Source: Clostridiales bacterium (GTDB taxonomy: Bacteria > Bacillota > Clostridia > Saccharofermentanales > Saccharofermentanaceae). From it: a DNA stretch of 58,702 bases. Position 1 is the stretch's first letter. Every line of letters starts with the position of its first letter. Below the pieces are notes generated by a model. That model worked only from the letters and a program-made list of their open reading frames with translations. It ran no database searches and was not told the origin of the DNA. A program made the position numbers and the translations under genes. Shown one piece after another: positions 29,588 through 38,302 of the stretch. Location of the stretch: positions 1-58,702 of the forward strand of contig JAFWDK010000011.1 in the NCBI GenBank assembly GCA_017513085.1. The letters run 5' to 3'.

Positions 29588-30162
29588 TTTTTGTTACCTC
29601 TCTTGATGAAATTTGTAAGGATAGCAAGTCCGTCTTCTGTCATGATCGACTCCGGATGGAATTGCACGCCGTATACGCTGTATTCTTTATGTTCCACTGC
29701 CATGATCTCCCCGTCGCCGGTCTCCGCCGTGACCAGGAGGCATTCAGGCATCGTCTCTTTGAGTGCTGCCAGGGAGTGATATCTGGCAACATCGATTTCT
29801 TCCGCAAGCCCGGTAAAAAGCACTGAATCCGTGTTCACCCGGACTTTCGATTGTTTGCCGTGCATAAGTTCTTTTGCATAGGAAACTGTCGCGCCGTAGG
29901 CTTCGCAGATCGACTGATGCCCGAGGCACACGCCCAGGATCGGATATTTGCTTCCGAGTTTTTTGACCACTTCGATGCAGACACCGGCATCACAAGGACG
30001 TCCCGGGCCGGGGGAAAGAATGATGCTCTCGGGAGAAAGCGCGTCGATCTCCTCGACAGTCAGTTCATTGTTACGGATCACCTTGATATCCGGCTCGATC
30101 GTGCCGACGAGCTGGAAAAGGTTATAAGAAAAGCTATCGTAGTTGTCGATCAAAAGGATCAT
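29584..30162 (-). CDS. trpG: Anthranilate synthase component II (glutamine amidotransferase)
   Basis: [25 protein letters not shown] and QFHPES motifs. Confidence 0.96.
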   Translation of the reverse strand: MILLIDNYDSFSYNLFQLVGTIEPDIKVIRNNELTVEEIDALSPESIILSPGPGRPCDAGVCIEVVKKLGSKYPILGVCLGHQSICEAYGATVSYAKELMHGKQSKVRVNTDSVLFTGLAEEIDVARYHSLAALKETMPECLLVTAETGDGEIMAVEHKEYSVYGVQFHPESIMTEDGLAILTNFIKRGNKK

Positions 30163-31637
30163 CCGTCCACCTCCTCTGCCATCTCAATGGCCTTCACCAC
30201 TGCGGCGGCTTTGTTAATGCATTCCTGATATTCTTTTTCCGGAACGGAGTCATAAACGATACCGGCGCCGGACCGGACGAATACCTTGTTGCCTTTTTTG
30301 AATGCAATACGGATCGCAATACATGTATCGAGGTTTCCGGTAAAATCGATATAACCGATCGCTCCGCCATAGATGCCACGCTTGTTGTTTTCCAGTTCAT
30401 TGATCAGTTCACACGCACGGATCTTCGGCGCACCGGAAAGAGTGCCGGCAGGAAGTATCGCATCAATGGCATGGATGGCATCCATATCATCACGGATCTC
30501 ACCTCGCACGGTGGACCCGATGTGCATTACGTGTGAGAAACGCTCGATCTCGTGGTATTTCTCCACTTTCACGGAACCGAACTTCGCGATCTTTCCGATA
30601 TCATTTCTTCCCAGATCGACCAGCATATTGTGCTCGGCCAGTTCTTTTGGATCGGCAAGGAGCTCTTGCTCAAGCGCCAGGTCCTCTTCCTCCGTTGCGC
30701 CGCGCTTTCTCGTGCCCGCCAGCGGGAACGTGTAGGCTTTGCCGTTTTCAAGTTTCACCAGCGTCTCCGGCGAAGCTCCGGCCACTTCCACATCCGTGCC
30801 GGAAAAGTAGAACATGTACGGCGACGGATTGACAGTACGGAGCACACGGTACACGTTCAGAAGACTGCCCTCGAATTCGCCTTCCAGACGGTTCGAAAGC
30901 ACGATCTGGAAGATATCTCCTTCCTTGATGTGATGCTTGGCCTTTTCGACCATCGAGCAATACTCGTCCTTATCAAAAAGCGCTTGCATCTTGCCTTTGA
31001 GTTTTCCCGGTTTTTCCTCTGCCGGCTTTCCGTTCACGATCAGATCACGAAGTTCCGAGAGCTCACGCTCGCCGCGGTTCAGTTCTTTTTCCACATTCTC
31101 ATCGGAATCATCAATGCGGATGTTTACGATGAGGACGATTTTTTGCATAAGATTGTCGAAAGCGATGACCTTGTCAAAAAGCATCAGGTCCACATCTTTG
31201 AAACTCTCGGAATCTTTGGCATCAAGTTTGAGTGTCGGCTCCGCATACTTGATATAGTCGTAGGAGAAATATCCCACGAGGCCGCCTGTAAATGTCGGAA
31301 GATACGGAAGTCTCGGGCTCTTATACTCGCTCAGGAGCTGTCTTAGGTATGTGCCGGGATGGGTCACGTCAAAAACAAGATCGCCCACCTTCATTTTACC
31401 GTCCACACAGGTGATCTCCATCTTCGGATCAAAACCGAGGAACGTATATCTTCCCCACTTTTCGTTGTTCTCCACCGATTCCAGCAGATAGCAGTGGCGG
31501 GACACATTTTTCAGGATCCTCAGCACTTCGATCGGTGTCTTGATGTCGGAAAGGATCGAGGTGGAAAGCGGGACGCACTTATAACCGCCACGTTTTCTGA
31601 TCTCGTGCACTTCCTCCCGGGTTGGCCGCAAATTCAT
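30159..31637 (-). CDS. trpE: Anthranilate synthase component I
   Basis: LLES, NPSPYMF, ASPE, KELAEHNMLVDLGRND and GTLSGAPK motifs. Start reassigned to ATG 31637 because the longer ORF overlaps the T-box. Confidence 0.96.
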   Translation of the reverse strand: MNLRPTREEVHEIRKRGGYKCVPLSTSILSDIKTPIEVLRILKNVSRHCYLLESVENNEKWGRYTFLGFDPKMEITCVDGKMKVGDLVFDVTHPGTYLRQLLSEYKSPRLPYLPTFTGGLVGYFSYDYIKYAEPTLKLDAKDSESFKDVDLMLFDKVIAFDNLMQKIVLIVNIRIDDSDENVEKELNRGERELSELRDLIVNGKPAEEKPGKLKGKMQALFDKDEYCSMVEKAKHHIKEGDIFQIVLSNRLEGEFEGSLLNVYRVLRTVNPSPYMFYFSGTDVEVAGASPETLVKLENGKAYTFPLAGTRKRGATEEEDLALEQELLADPKELAEHNMLVDLGRNDIGKIAKFGSVKVEKYHEIERFSHVMHIGSTVRGEIRDDMDAIHAIDAILPAGTLSGAPKIRACELINELENNKRGIYGGAIGYIDFTGNLDTCIAIRIAFKKGNKVFVRSGAGIVYDSVPEKEYQECINKAAAVVKAIEMAEEVDG

Positions 31638-31728
31638 TTTACATTCCTGCCTTTCTCTTCGTTTTTCCCGGCAAAAAAAGACCTGCCGGAAATGGTCTTT
31701 CGTACAAGAACGATTTCCTGCAGGAAAC

Positions 31729-32055
31729 AAAAAATCCCTGGCAGAAGAATTCTCATACTCTTCTGTCAAGGACGAATTACTAATCCGCGGTGCCACCTTG
31801 ATTCTTTCTTTCCGAAAAACTCCGTCTACTCTGACGATGTTTTCTTTGAAAAAGCACTTTAGCGAGATACCATCATATCCCCGGCAACTAACGCATGCCT
31901 CTCGTCACAGAATACTCAGTCGGATACCGACCTTTGACTGCACCCTCAGCGGTCCATTTGATGACTTGTTTTCTGCCGGATTCTCAGCCTCGCCGACTCT
32001 CTGTATGAGCATCATCACCGTTATCTCCGCCTCAACGGTTTATGTTATTCAATTG
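31729..32055 (-). ncRNA. Trp T-box riboswitch upstream of trpEGDC
   Basis: Stem I with AGAGA and GCUGAG motifs; UGG specifier (31956-31954); T-box AAGGUGGCACCGCG (31799-31786); terminator ~31729-31772. Promoter TTGACA-17-TATCTT (32089-32061). Confidence 0.93.
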
Positions 32056-32109
32056 ATGATAAGATAATTCTATTCGTGTCTCTTGTCAACACTTTTTCGC
32101 AAAGCTTTA

Positions 32110-32379
32110 TTATCTTTTTTCGATCAAACCGAATCCGCATTCTTCGGAAAGATCACGGAAAGTCTCGAGGATCTTGCCGGCGTAGCCTCCGATGTTCTCT
32201 TCAAGGATCGCGGTATTCACGAACACGATCGTAGTTTCCTTAGGAAGTTCACCGAGGCAGTCTGCAAGGGCGTCGAGATTGGCGCCGAACCAATCCGGGA
32301 ACTCCATGGTTGCCCCGATCACGCGGTATGCTTCTGCTTTGGAGGTCATGTCTTTTCCATCAAGTACAAAAATACGCAT
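32110..32379 (-). CDS. Barstar-family ribonuclease inhibitor
   Basis: LDGKDM...FPDWFGANLDALADCL motif; immediately downstream of the barnase-like gene. Confidence 0.9.
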   Translation of the reverse strand: MRIFVLDGKDMTSKAEAYRVIGATMEFPDWFGANLDALADCLGELPKETTIVFVNTAILEENIGGYAGKILETFRDLSEECGFGLIEKR

Positions 32380-32381
32380 AT

Positions 32382-33092
32382 TTATTCCTCCCCATAGAGC
32401 AATGTGAATGTTTCGTAGTGATCATCGGTATAGTAGATCAGGCCGTCATCCGAGAACACGATACGCTTGGCGCCTCTTGAACTCTTTCCCTTCGTGTCGA
32501 TATCGCACTCATAGTACGTGCGGCCTTTCTTCTTAGGAAGCAGGCCTTCTCTGTTTCCGAAAACGTCGCCGCCGATGCTGCATCCCGGAAAATACTCCTC
32601 GAGCGAACCGCCGCTCCATCCCTTCTCTCTGGCCCGTGCTTTCGTAACAAAGTTAGACGGCAAATGCCAGTATGTGTGGATATATAGAGCTACGTCTTCT
32701 TTTGATGTATATCTGCCTTCCTCATCGATCTTATTGTCGTCTTCAGTCGGCTCGGTCGTCGTTTCAGATGTCGTTTCAGAACTGCTCTCCGAAGTTTCCT
32801 CGTTGCTCCCGGAAGTCTCCGTCGTGGTTTCTTCCGTCGTTGCTTCGGTCTCTTTGGTCGTTTCTTCCGTAGTAGCCTTCGTGGTTTCCGATTCGCTCTC
32901 CTTCGAAGTCTCCGATTCCTTCGTCGTTTCGGAAGCAGTAGTCTCGGTTACTTTTGGTGTGGTCGTAGCCGTTGTGATTGCAGACGTCTCACTCTTTGAC
33001 GCCGAGCATGCCGCAAACAGACCCAGCACGCAGATCGCGCAAAGCAGCGCGAATACTTTCATTAGTCTTGATTTACTGAAAATGTGTCTCAT
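32382..33092 (-). CDS. Barnase-like (N1/T1) ribonuclease lipoprotein with S/T/E-rich stalk
   Basis: Lipobox LFAAC; LPSNFVTK..A...GW, SIGGD.F.NREG.LP, YYECDI and RGAKRIVFS.DGLIYYTDDHY.TF motifs. Confidence 0.9.
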   Translation of the reverse strand: MRHIFSKSRLMKVFALLCAICVLGLFAACSASKSETSAITTATTTPKVTETTASETTKESETSKESESETTKATTEETTKETEATTEETTTETSGSNEETSESSSETTSETTTEPTEDDNKIDEEGRYTSKEDVALYIHTYWHLPSNFVTKARAREKGWSGGSLEEYFPGCSIGGDVFGNREGLLPKKKGRTYYECDIDTKGKSSRGAKRIVFSDDGLIYYTDDHYETFTLLYGEE

Positions 33093-33180
33093 GTGATCCT
33101 TTCTTCTCCCCTCACAAGCACAGACGCCGCGTCAGAGCTTGTTTCCTCCTTCGCGACGTCATGGTGTTTTATTGATTCTA

Positions 33181-34983
33181 TTACTCTTCGACCGGCACTG
33201 TCTTGATGTGCAGTTCTTCGAGCTGCTTGTCGGTAACATAGCCCGGCGCATCCATCATGATGTCCTGCGCGTTCTTGTTCATCGGGAACGGGATGATCTC
33301 ACGGATCGTCTCTTCGCCGGACAAAAGCATGACCATACGGTCTACGCCCGGAGCGATACCGGCATGCGGCGGCGCACCATAGCAGAAAGCATTGTACATA
33401 GCCGGGAACTTCGCCTTTACGTCTTCTTCGCCGAGGCGGACCATCTCGAAGGCCTTGATCATGATCTCCGGATCGTGGTTTCTTACCGCGCCGGAAGAAA
33501 GCTCTACGCCGTTACATACGAGGTCGTACTGGTCGGCAGTGATGGCCAGCGGATCGATCTCGCCGCGCTCTGCCTTGAGAAGTGTCTCGAGGCCGCCGCT
33601 CGGCATGGAGAAAGGATTGTGGCAGAACTCGAGTTCGCCGGACTCTTCACCGATCTCGTACATCGGGAAGTCTACGATCCAGCAGAACGCATACTGCTCT
33701 TTATCAATGTGGTTCGGGCAAGCCGCGCCGAATGTCTTCACGATCACACCGGCTGTCTTCTGAGCTGTCAGAAGCTTACCGCAGGAAAGAACGACCAGGT
33801 CACCCGGCTTTACGCCAAGAGCGGAAACGACCGCATCCTTGATCGGAGTAACAAACTTCGCGATACCACCGACGATCTCACCGTTCTCATCCATTCTGAA
33901 CCAGCAGGCTTTATTGCCGGACTGTACTTCCACATCTGCCAGCGTCTTATCAATAAACTTACGGGATTCCTTGAAGTCGGAGATGACAACTGCCTTGATG
34001 CGGACATCGGTATCTTCGCCGGCCTCGTTCTTTGTGGCAAACGGCGGGAAACCGCAGTCTTTGAGCTGTTCGGTCGCGTCCTGTACCGTCAGGTCGATAC
34101 GAAGGTCCGGCTTATCGGAACCATACTTCTCCATCGCCTCGAGGAACGGGATACGTGCGAACGGAGCGCCCGATGCACGGTTATATGTACCATACTTGGC
34201 AAAGATCGGAGGCAAAACATCTTCGATGACGGAGAATACATCCTCCTGAGTCGCAAAGGCCATCTCCATATCGAGCTGGTAGAATTCACCCGGAGATCTG
34301 TCACCACGGGCATCCTCATCACGGAAGCAAGGTGCGATCTGGAAATATCTGTCGAAACCGGAAGTCATCAGGAGCTGCTTGAACTGCTGCGGAGCCTGCG
34401 GAAGCGCATAGAACTTGCCCGGGTGCTTTCTTGCCGGAACGAGGTAGTCACGTGCACCCTCCGGAGACGAAGCCGTCAGGATCGGAGTCGTAATCTCGAG
34501 GAAGTCATGCTCCATCATGGCCTGACGAAGTGCAGCAACAACATTGCAGCGCAGGATAATGTTCTTCTTCACTTCCGGGTTACGAAGGTCGAGATAACGG
34601 TACTTCAAACGTGCATTCTCATCGGCTTCACGGGAGTGATTGATCTCGAAAGGAAGCTCGTTATAACGGCAACGGCCGAGGACCTCGATCTTCTCCGGTA
34701 CGACTTCGATATCACCGGTCGCCTGATTCGGGTTCTTGGAAGATCTCTCACGGACAGTACCGCTCACGGAGATCGTGGACTCCTTGTTGATGCCCTTGGC
34801 GAGCTTGACCATCTCTTCTGTCTCGAGGACGATCTGGGTCGTGCCGTAGAAGTCACGAAGCACGACGAAACCGAGTGTGCTTCCTACCTCACGCATGTTC
34901 TCCAGCCAGCCTACCAGCGTGACCTTCTCGCCTGCATTCTCCAGACGGAGCTGGCCGCAGTTATGTGTTCTTGATTGGATCAT
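33181..34983 (-). CDS. aspS: Aspartate--tRNA ligase
   Basis: RTHNCG.L, RLKYRYLDLR, PEGARDYLVP, QIAPCFRDED and PPHAGIAPGVDR motifs. Confidence 0.96.
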   Translation of the reverse strand: MIQSRTHNCGQLRLENAGEKVTLVGWLENMREVGSTLGFVVLRDFYGTTQIVLETEEMVKLAKGINKESTISVSGTVRERSSKNPNQATGDIEVVPEKIEVLGRCRYNELPFEINHSREADENARLKYRYLDLRNPEVKKNIILRCNVVAALRQAMMEHDFLEITTPILTASSPEGARDYLVPARKHPGKFYALPQAPQQFKQLLMTSGFDRYFQIAPCFRDEDARGDRSPGEFYQLDMEMAFATQEDVFSVIEDVLPPIFAKYGTYNRASGAPFARIPFLEAMEKYGSDKPDLRIDLTVQDATEQLKDCGFPPFATKNEAGEDTDVRIKAVVISDFKESRKFIDKTLADVEVQSGNKACWFRMDENGEIVGGIAKFVTPIKDAVVSALGVKPGDLVVLSCGKLLTAQKTAGVIVKTFGAACPNHIDKEQYAFCWIVDFPMYEIGEESGELEFCHNPFSMPSGGLETLLKAERGEIDPLAITADQYDLVCNGVELSSGAVRNHDPEIMIKAFEMVRLGEEDVKAKFPAMYNAFCYGAPPHAGIAPGVDRMVMLLSGEETIREIIPFPMNKNAQDIMMDAPGYVTDKQLEELHIKTVPVEE

Positions 34984-35169
34984 ATGATTTCTCCTTTTCT
35001 ATTGTCCTCATGCCGGTCAAGAAGAACCGGCCCCCGAAAGTATTCCGAGGGCCGCCTCAGACGGCACGTTATATACCGTTCCTTATTTTATAGCATGATA
35101 TTCTTACCCGCAAGACGACAAAACCACCAATTATTCTGAACAAACCAGTGGAAAAAGGAGTATATCCTC

Positions 35170-35232
35170 TTATAGCCTTCCGAAAACCACTCCGGGCAGT
35201 CTGAACTTTTTCGAAACTTGTATGATTTCCAT
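35170..35232 (-). CDS. Possible 20-aa small ORF or 5' remnant of a lost gene
   Basis: AGGAGG, 5 nt, ATG; MEIIQVSKKFRLPGVVFGRL. TG-n-TATAAT upstream at ~35287-35295. Confidence 0.35.
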   Translation of the reverse strand: MEIIQVSKKFRLPGVVFGRL

Positions 35233-35348
35233 CTCAACCTCCTGATGCGCGTGCGATCTGTCGGGGTTAGTTCTTATCTGTTTTTGATTATAACAAAAAC
35301 AGCCCTGAGGAGGTCAGAGCTGTTTCTTTCAGTCGAGTTTCTAAACTA

Positions 35349-35738
35349 TCAGCAGAGCGCGGGCATGAACTTGGCAAAGAGATATAGTCCCTCTTTTCCT
35401 GCATGAACTTCGTGATGGATTTTCGCCGGCATGATCGAGATCACGCCCGGGAAATACTCGATTACGTGGCCATCGTTCACGCATGTCCCACGTCCGGCGA
35501 TGACTTCATGTGTCTCCAGCTGTGGATCGTGAATATGATCCAGAATACTCTTACCGGGTGTGATCCTCACGAGATGGTAGCTGTACGCTCCGCCTGTGAC
35601 CTTCGAAGTTACGATGTGCTTCAGCTCGACGCCCTCGAATGTCGGATGCTTCGACCAGGGAATATCCTTGAACATGACCGTTCCTTCCGGAAGCGAAAGT
35701 TTTCCTTCGTTAAATGCTTCAAATACTGTGTTTTCCAT
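35349..35738 (-). CDS. Cupin-domain protein
   Basis: HIHDPQLETHEV and HHEVHA cupin metal motifs. Start reassigned to ATG 35738. Confidence 0.8.
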   Translation of the reverse strand: MENTVFEAFNEGKLSLPEGTVMFKDIPWSKHPTFEGVELKHIVTSKVTGGAYSYHLVRITPGKSILDHIHDPQLETHEVIAGRGTCVNDGHVIEYFPGVISIMPAKIHHEVHAGKEGLYLFAKFMPALC

Positions 35739-35786
35739 TATGATCACCCTTTCTTTTTTGGATGGTTTGATCATAACAGGATGGGA

Positions 35787-36398
35787 TCAATCCGCATTGG
35801 ATAAAATTGCGGACTGGATAAACTGTTCCGGTGAAATGCCTACTTGTTTCTTAAACACCCGGTCCAGATGGCTCTGATCACAAAAGCCCACCATATGCGC
35901 CACGTCCACAACTTTATATCCCTGACGCAGGAGCTGCTGGGCTTTTCGGATGCGGCACTGCATCTGGAACTTATGAGGTGTCAGGCCGTTTTCGGAAGTG
36001 AACTTGCGTATCATATGGTAAGAACTGATGTTTACCTTCTCGGACATCTGATCGATGCTTAAGTCCAGCTCCGGATTTCCAAGGATCTCGCGCTTGATGA
36101 CGTCCAGTTCTTTTGCCGCATCATCATCTCGCGGGATGCATGTCGTGATCATGGAATACTGGTCGGACAGCGGTTCGATCGAGTGCTGCACATCCGGAAG
36201 AACAGAGAAGCATTCGCCTTCGGAGCATGTGAACTCCTGATCGGCCACACGGATCAGGAGCGACCCTTCCGTCACGATGCCGAACACATAATGCCCTACA
36301 TGCGTGTGTGGCGGATAGGAGATCCGGACATGTTCCAGACTGACGGTCTCGATCCCCGTCGAGTTATCTTCTATATATTGTAATTTTTCTGCTTCCAC
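35787..36398 (-). CDS. AraC-family transcriptional regulator
   Basis: N-terminal PHTH cupin; C-terminal ISSYHMIRKF...GLTPH and VGFCDQSHLDRVFKK.VG.SP motifs. Confidence 0.92.
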   Translation of the reverse strand: MEAEKLQYIEDNSTGIETVSLEHVRISYPPHTHVGHYVFGIVTEGSLLIRVADQEFTCSEGECFSVLPDVQHSIEPLSDQYSMITTCIPRDDDAAKELDVIKREILGNPELDLSIDQMSEKVNISSYHMIRKFTSENGLTPHKFQMQCRIRKAQQLLRQGYKVVDVAHMVGFCDQSHLDRVFKKQVGISPEQFIQSAILSNAD

Positions 36399-36460
36399 TT
36401 ACTTTTTTCAGCCTCATTGAGATAAAGCAAAATGAACCTACGTGAAGGGGGTGTGTCAGA

Positions 36461-38302
36461 TTACACGTTGATATACGCGCCGGCCTGGGCCTTCCACATC
36501 TCCGCGTACTTACCGTTTTGGGAAAGAAGCGCGTCATGCGTTCCCTCTTCCACGATGTGTCCTTCTTCGAGCATGAAGATCCTGTCTGCAAGGCGTGTCG
36601 TCGACAATCGGTGCGAGATAAAGATGACCGTCTTGTCCTTCGTCGCTTCGATCATGGCGTGGTTCAGCTGGTACTCCGCAATCGGATCGAGAGCCGAAGA
36701 TGGCTCGTCGAGGATCATGAGAGAAGCATTCTGGTAGAACACACGCGAGATTGCAAGTTTCTGCCGTTCACCTCCGGAGAGGTCGACACCTTGTTCGGAG
36801 AACTCATGTGTCAGCGGCGTATCAAGTTTCATCGGAAGAGACTCCGTCCGCTTCAAAAGACCGCTGTCCGTGAGCGCCTGCCGGATCTTCGCATCGTCTG
36901 CGTGATCGACCGTATCAAGAATGACGTTTTCACGTACGGTTCCCGCGAAGATCTCGAAGTCCTGGAAGACTGTACCGATCGAGTTCCGATACGAAGTCAG
37001 ATCGTAGTCTTTCACATCGACACCATCTGCAAGAATACGTCCCGATGTAGTATCGTAAAGACGCATCAGAAGCTTGACCAAAGTCGTCTTACCTGCACCG
37101 TTGTATCCAACCAGCGCGATCTTCTCGCCCGGCTTGACGGACATGGAGATCTCCGAAATCACTGAAGGCAGATCTTCTTTATAAGAGAAAGATACATTCT
37201 CCAGGGCAAGTGCTTTTGCCGGAGAAGACGGCTTCGTCTCGCTCGTAGAAACCACCTTCGGCTCGTAGCCCAGGAAGTCTCTGATCTTCTGGATGTACAG
37301 GCTCGTCTCGCAAGCCTTCGGGTACGTCTCCGTGAAGATACGGAGGCTGTTCTTAAGGCCACCGAACCAGTTGAAGAGCATGACCATCGTTGACAGGTTG
37401 ATCGCGTGCATGATTGCGTAGCGGTAGACCAGATAAGCCGTGTAAAGCGTATCGCCGATCAAATGTCCGAAGATATGATCCTTGAGATACGCGATACCGA
37501 ACTTCTTGTGCGCAAGTGATTTTTCCGCCGCAAGCACCTCATTGTTTGCCTCGACGAAGCGCTCCTCGAGCACCTCTGTGACTTCCGGATCCAGACGGAT
37601 CTCTTTCGCGTAATCTTTGAGATAGAAGACACGCTTCACATACTCACGTTTTCTCTCCGGCGGATTTCTGCGGATGCGGACCTTGTAGGAGAACTTGTTG
37701 TAGATCTGGTTCAAACCGAACGTGATCACGAATGTAATCACGACGAAGATGATCGAGACCTTATCTTTCGCTAAGAAGTACCCGCCTGTCAGAAGAAAAA
37801 CTGTCAGACCGGAAAGCACGCTCTTGATGAACTCCATCGTCTGATCGATCTGCTTGTCCACCTCAGAAATGGCCAGGACCTGACTGTTGTAAAACTCCGG
37901 ATCATCGTAGCAGGCAAGGTCCACGCTGCGTGCCTTCTCATAAAGCATCAGCTTGATTTTCTCCCGGACCTTCGGCCGCTCTTTCTCCTGCATATAGTCG
38001 CCGGCGATGACTGTAAAGATCATTCCGATCGTGATCGCTGCTGCAATGATCAGGATCACGGCGGCTACCCGGCGGAACGGGTAACCGAATTCCGCTGCCT
38101 CGAGGACATAGCCGATGAGGATCAGGTGCTCGAAGAAGATCGAAACCTGACCGCGGATCGCATCCAGCGCCGGGAAGAGTACGAACTTCGGAGAGGCTTT
38201 CATCATCATCTTCATGAAGAAGAAATTGTTCTTGAAGACCTGCGAGGTCGACTGTTTGGTCTGCTCATTTTTGTTTTCTGCTATTTCCGTTTTCTTGCTC
38301 AC
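36461..38302 (-). CDS. ABC exporter, fused permease/ATPase (subunit 2)
   Basis: Transmembrane domain plus GYNGAGKTT, LSGGERQK, DEPSSALD and ISHRL motifs. Confidence 0.92.
   Translation of the reverse strand: MSKKTEIAENKNEQTKQSTSQVFKNNFFFMKMMMKASPKFVLFPALDAIRGQVSIFFEHLILIGYVLEAAEFGYPFRRVAAVILIIAAAITIGMIFTVIAGDYMQEKERPKVREKIKLMLYEKARSVDLACYDDPEFYNSQVLAISEVDKQIDQTMEFIKSVLSGLTVFLLTGGYFLAKDKVSIIFVVITFVITFGLNQIYNKFSYKVRIRRNPPERKREYVKRVFYLKDYAKEIRLDPEVTEVLEERFVEANNEVLAAEKSLAHKKFGIAYLKDHIFGHLIGDTLYTAYLVYRYAIMHAINLSTMVMLFNWFGGLKNSLRIFTETYPKACETSLYIQKIRDFLGYEPKVVSTSETKPSSPAKALALENVSFSYKEDLPSVISEISMSVKPGEKIALVGYNGAGKTTLVKLLMRLYDTTSGRILADGVDVKDYDLTSYRNSIGTVFQDFEIFAGTVRENVILDTVDHADDAKIRQALTDSGLLKRTESLPMKLDTPLTHEFSEQGVDLSGGERQKLAISRVFYQNASLMILDEPSSALDPIAEYQLNHAMIEATKDKTVIFISHRLSTTRLADRIFMLEEGHIVEEGTHDALLSQNGKYAEMWKAQAGAYINV

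Noticed and set aside
33139-34974. Long antisense ORFs (611 aa opposite aspS, 600 aa opposite the GT4, 392 aa opposite trpD, and others)
   Set aside because: These are shadow frames of genes with biased codon usage. They have no RBS or motifs and fully overlap confident CDSs.
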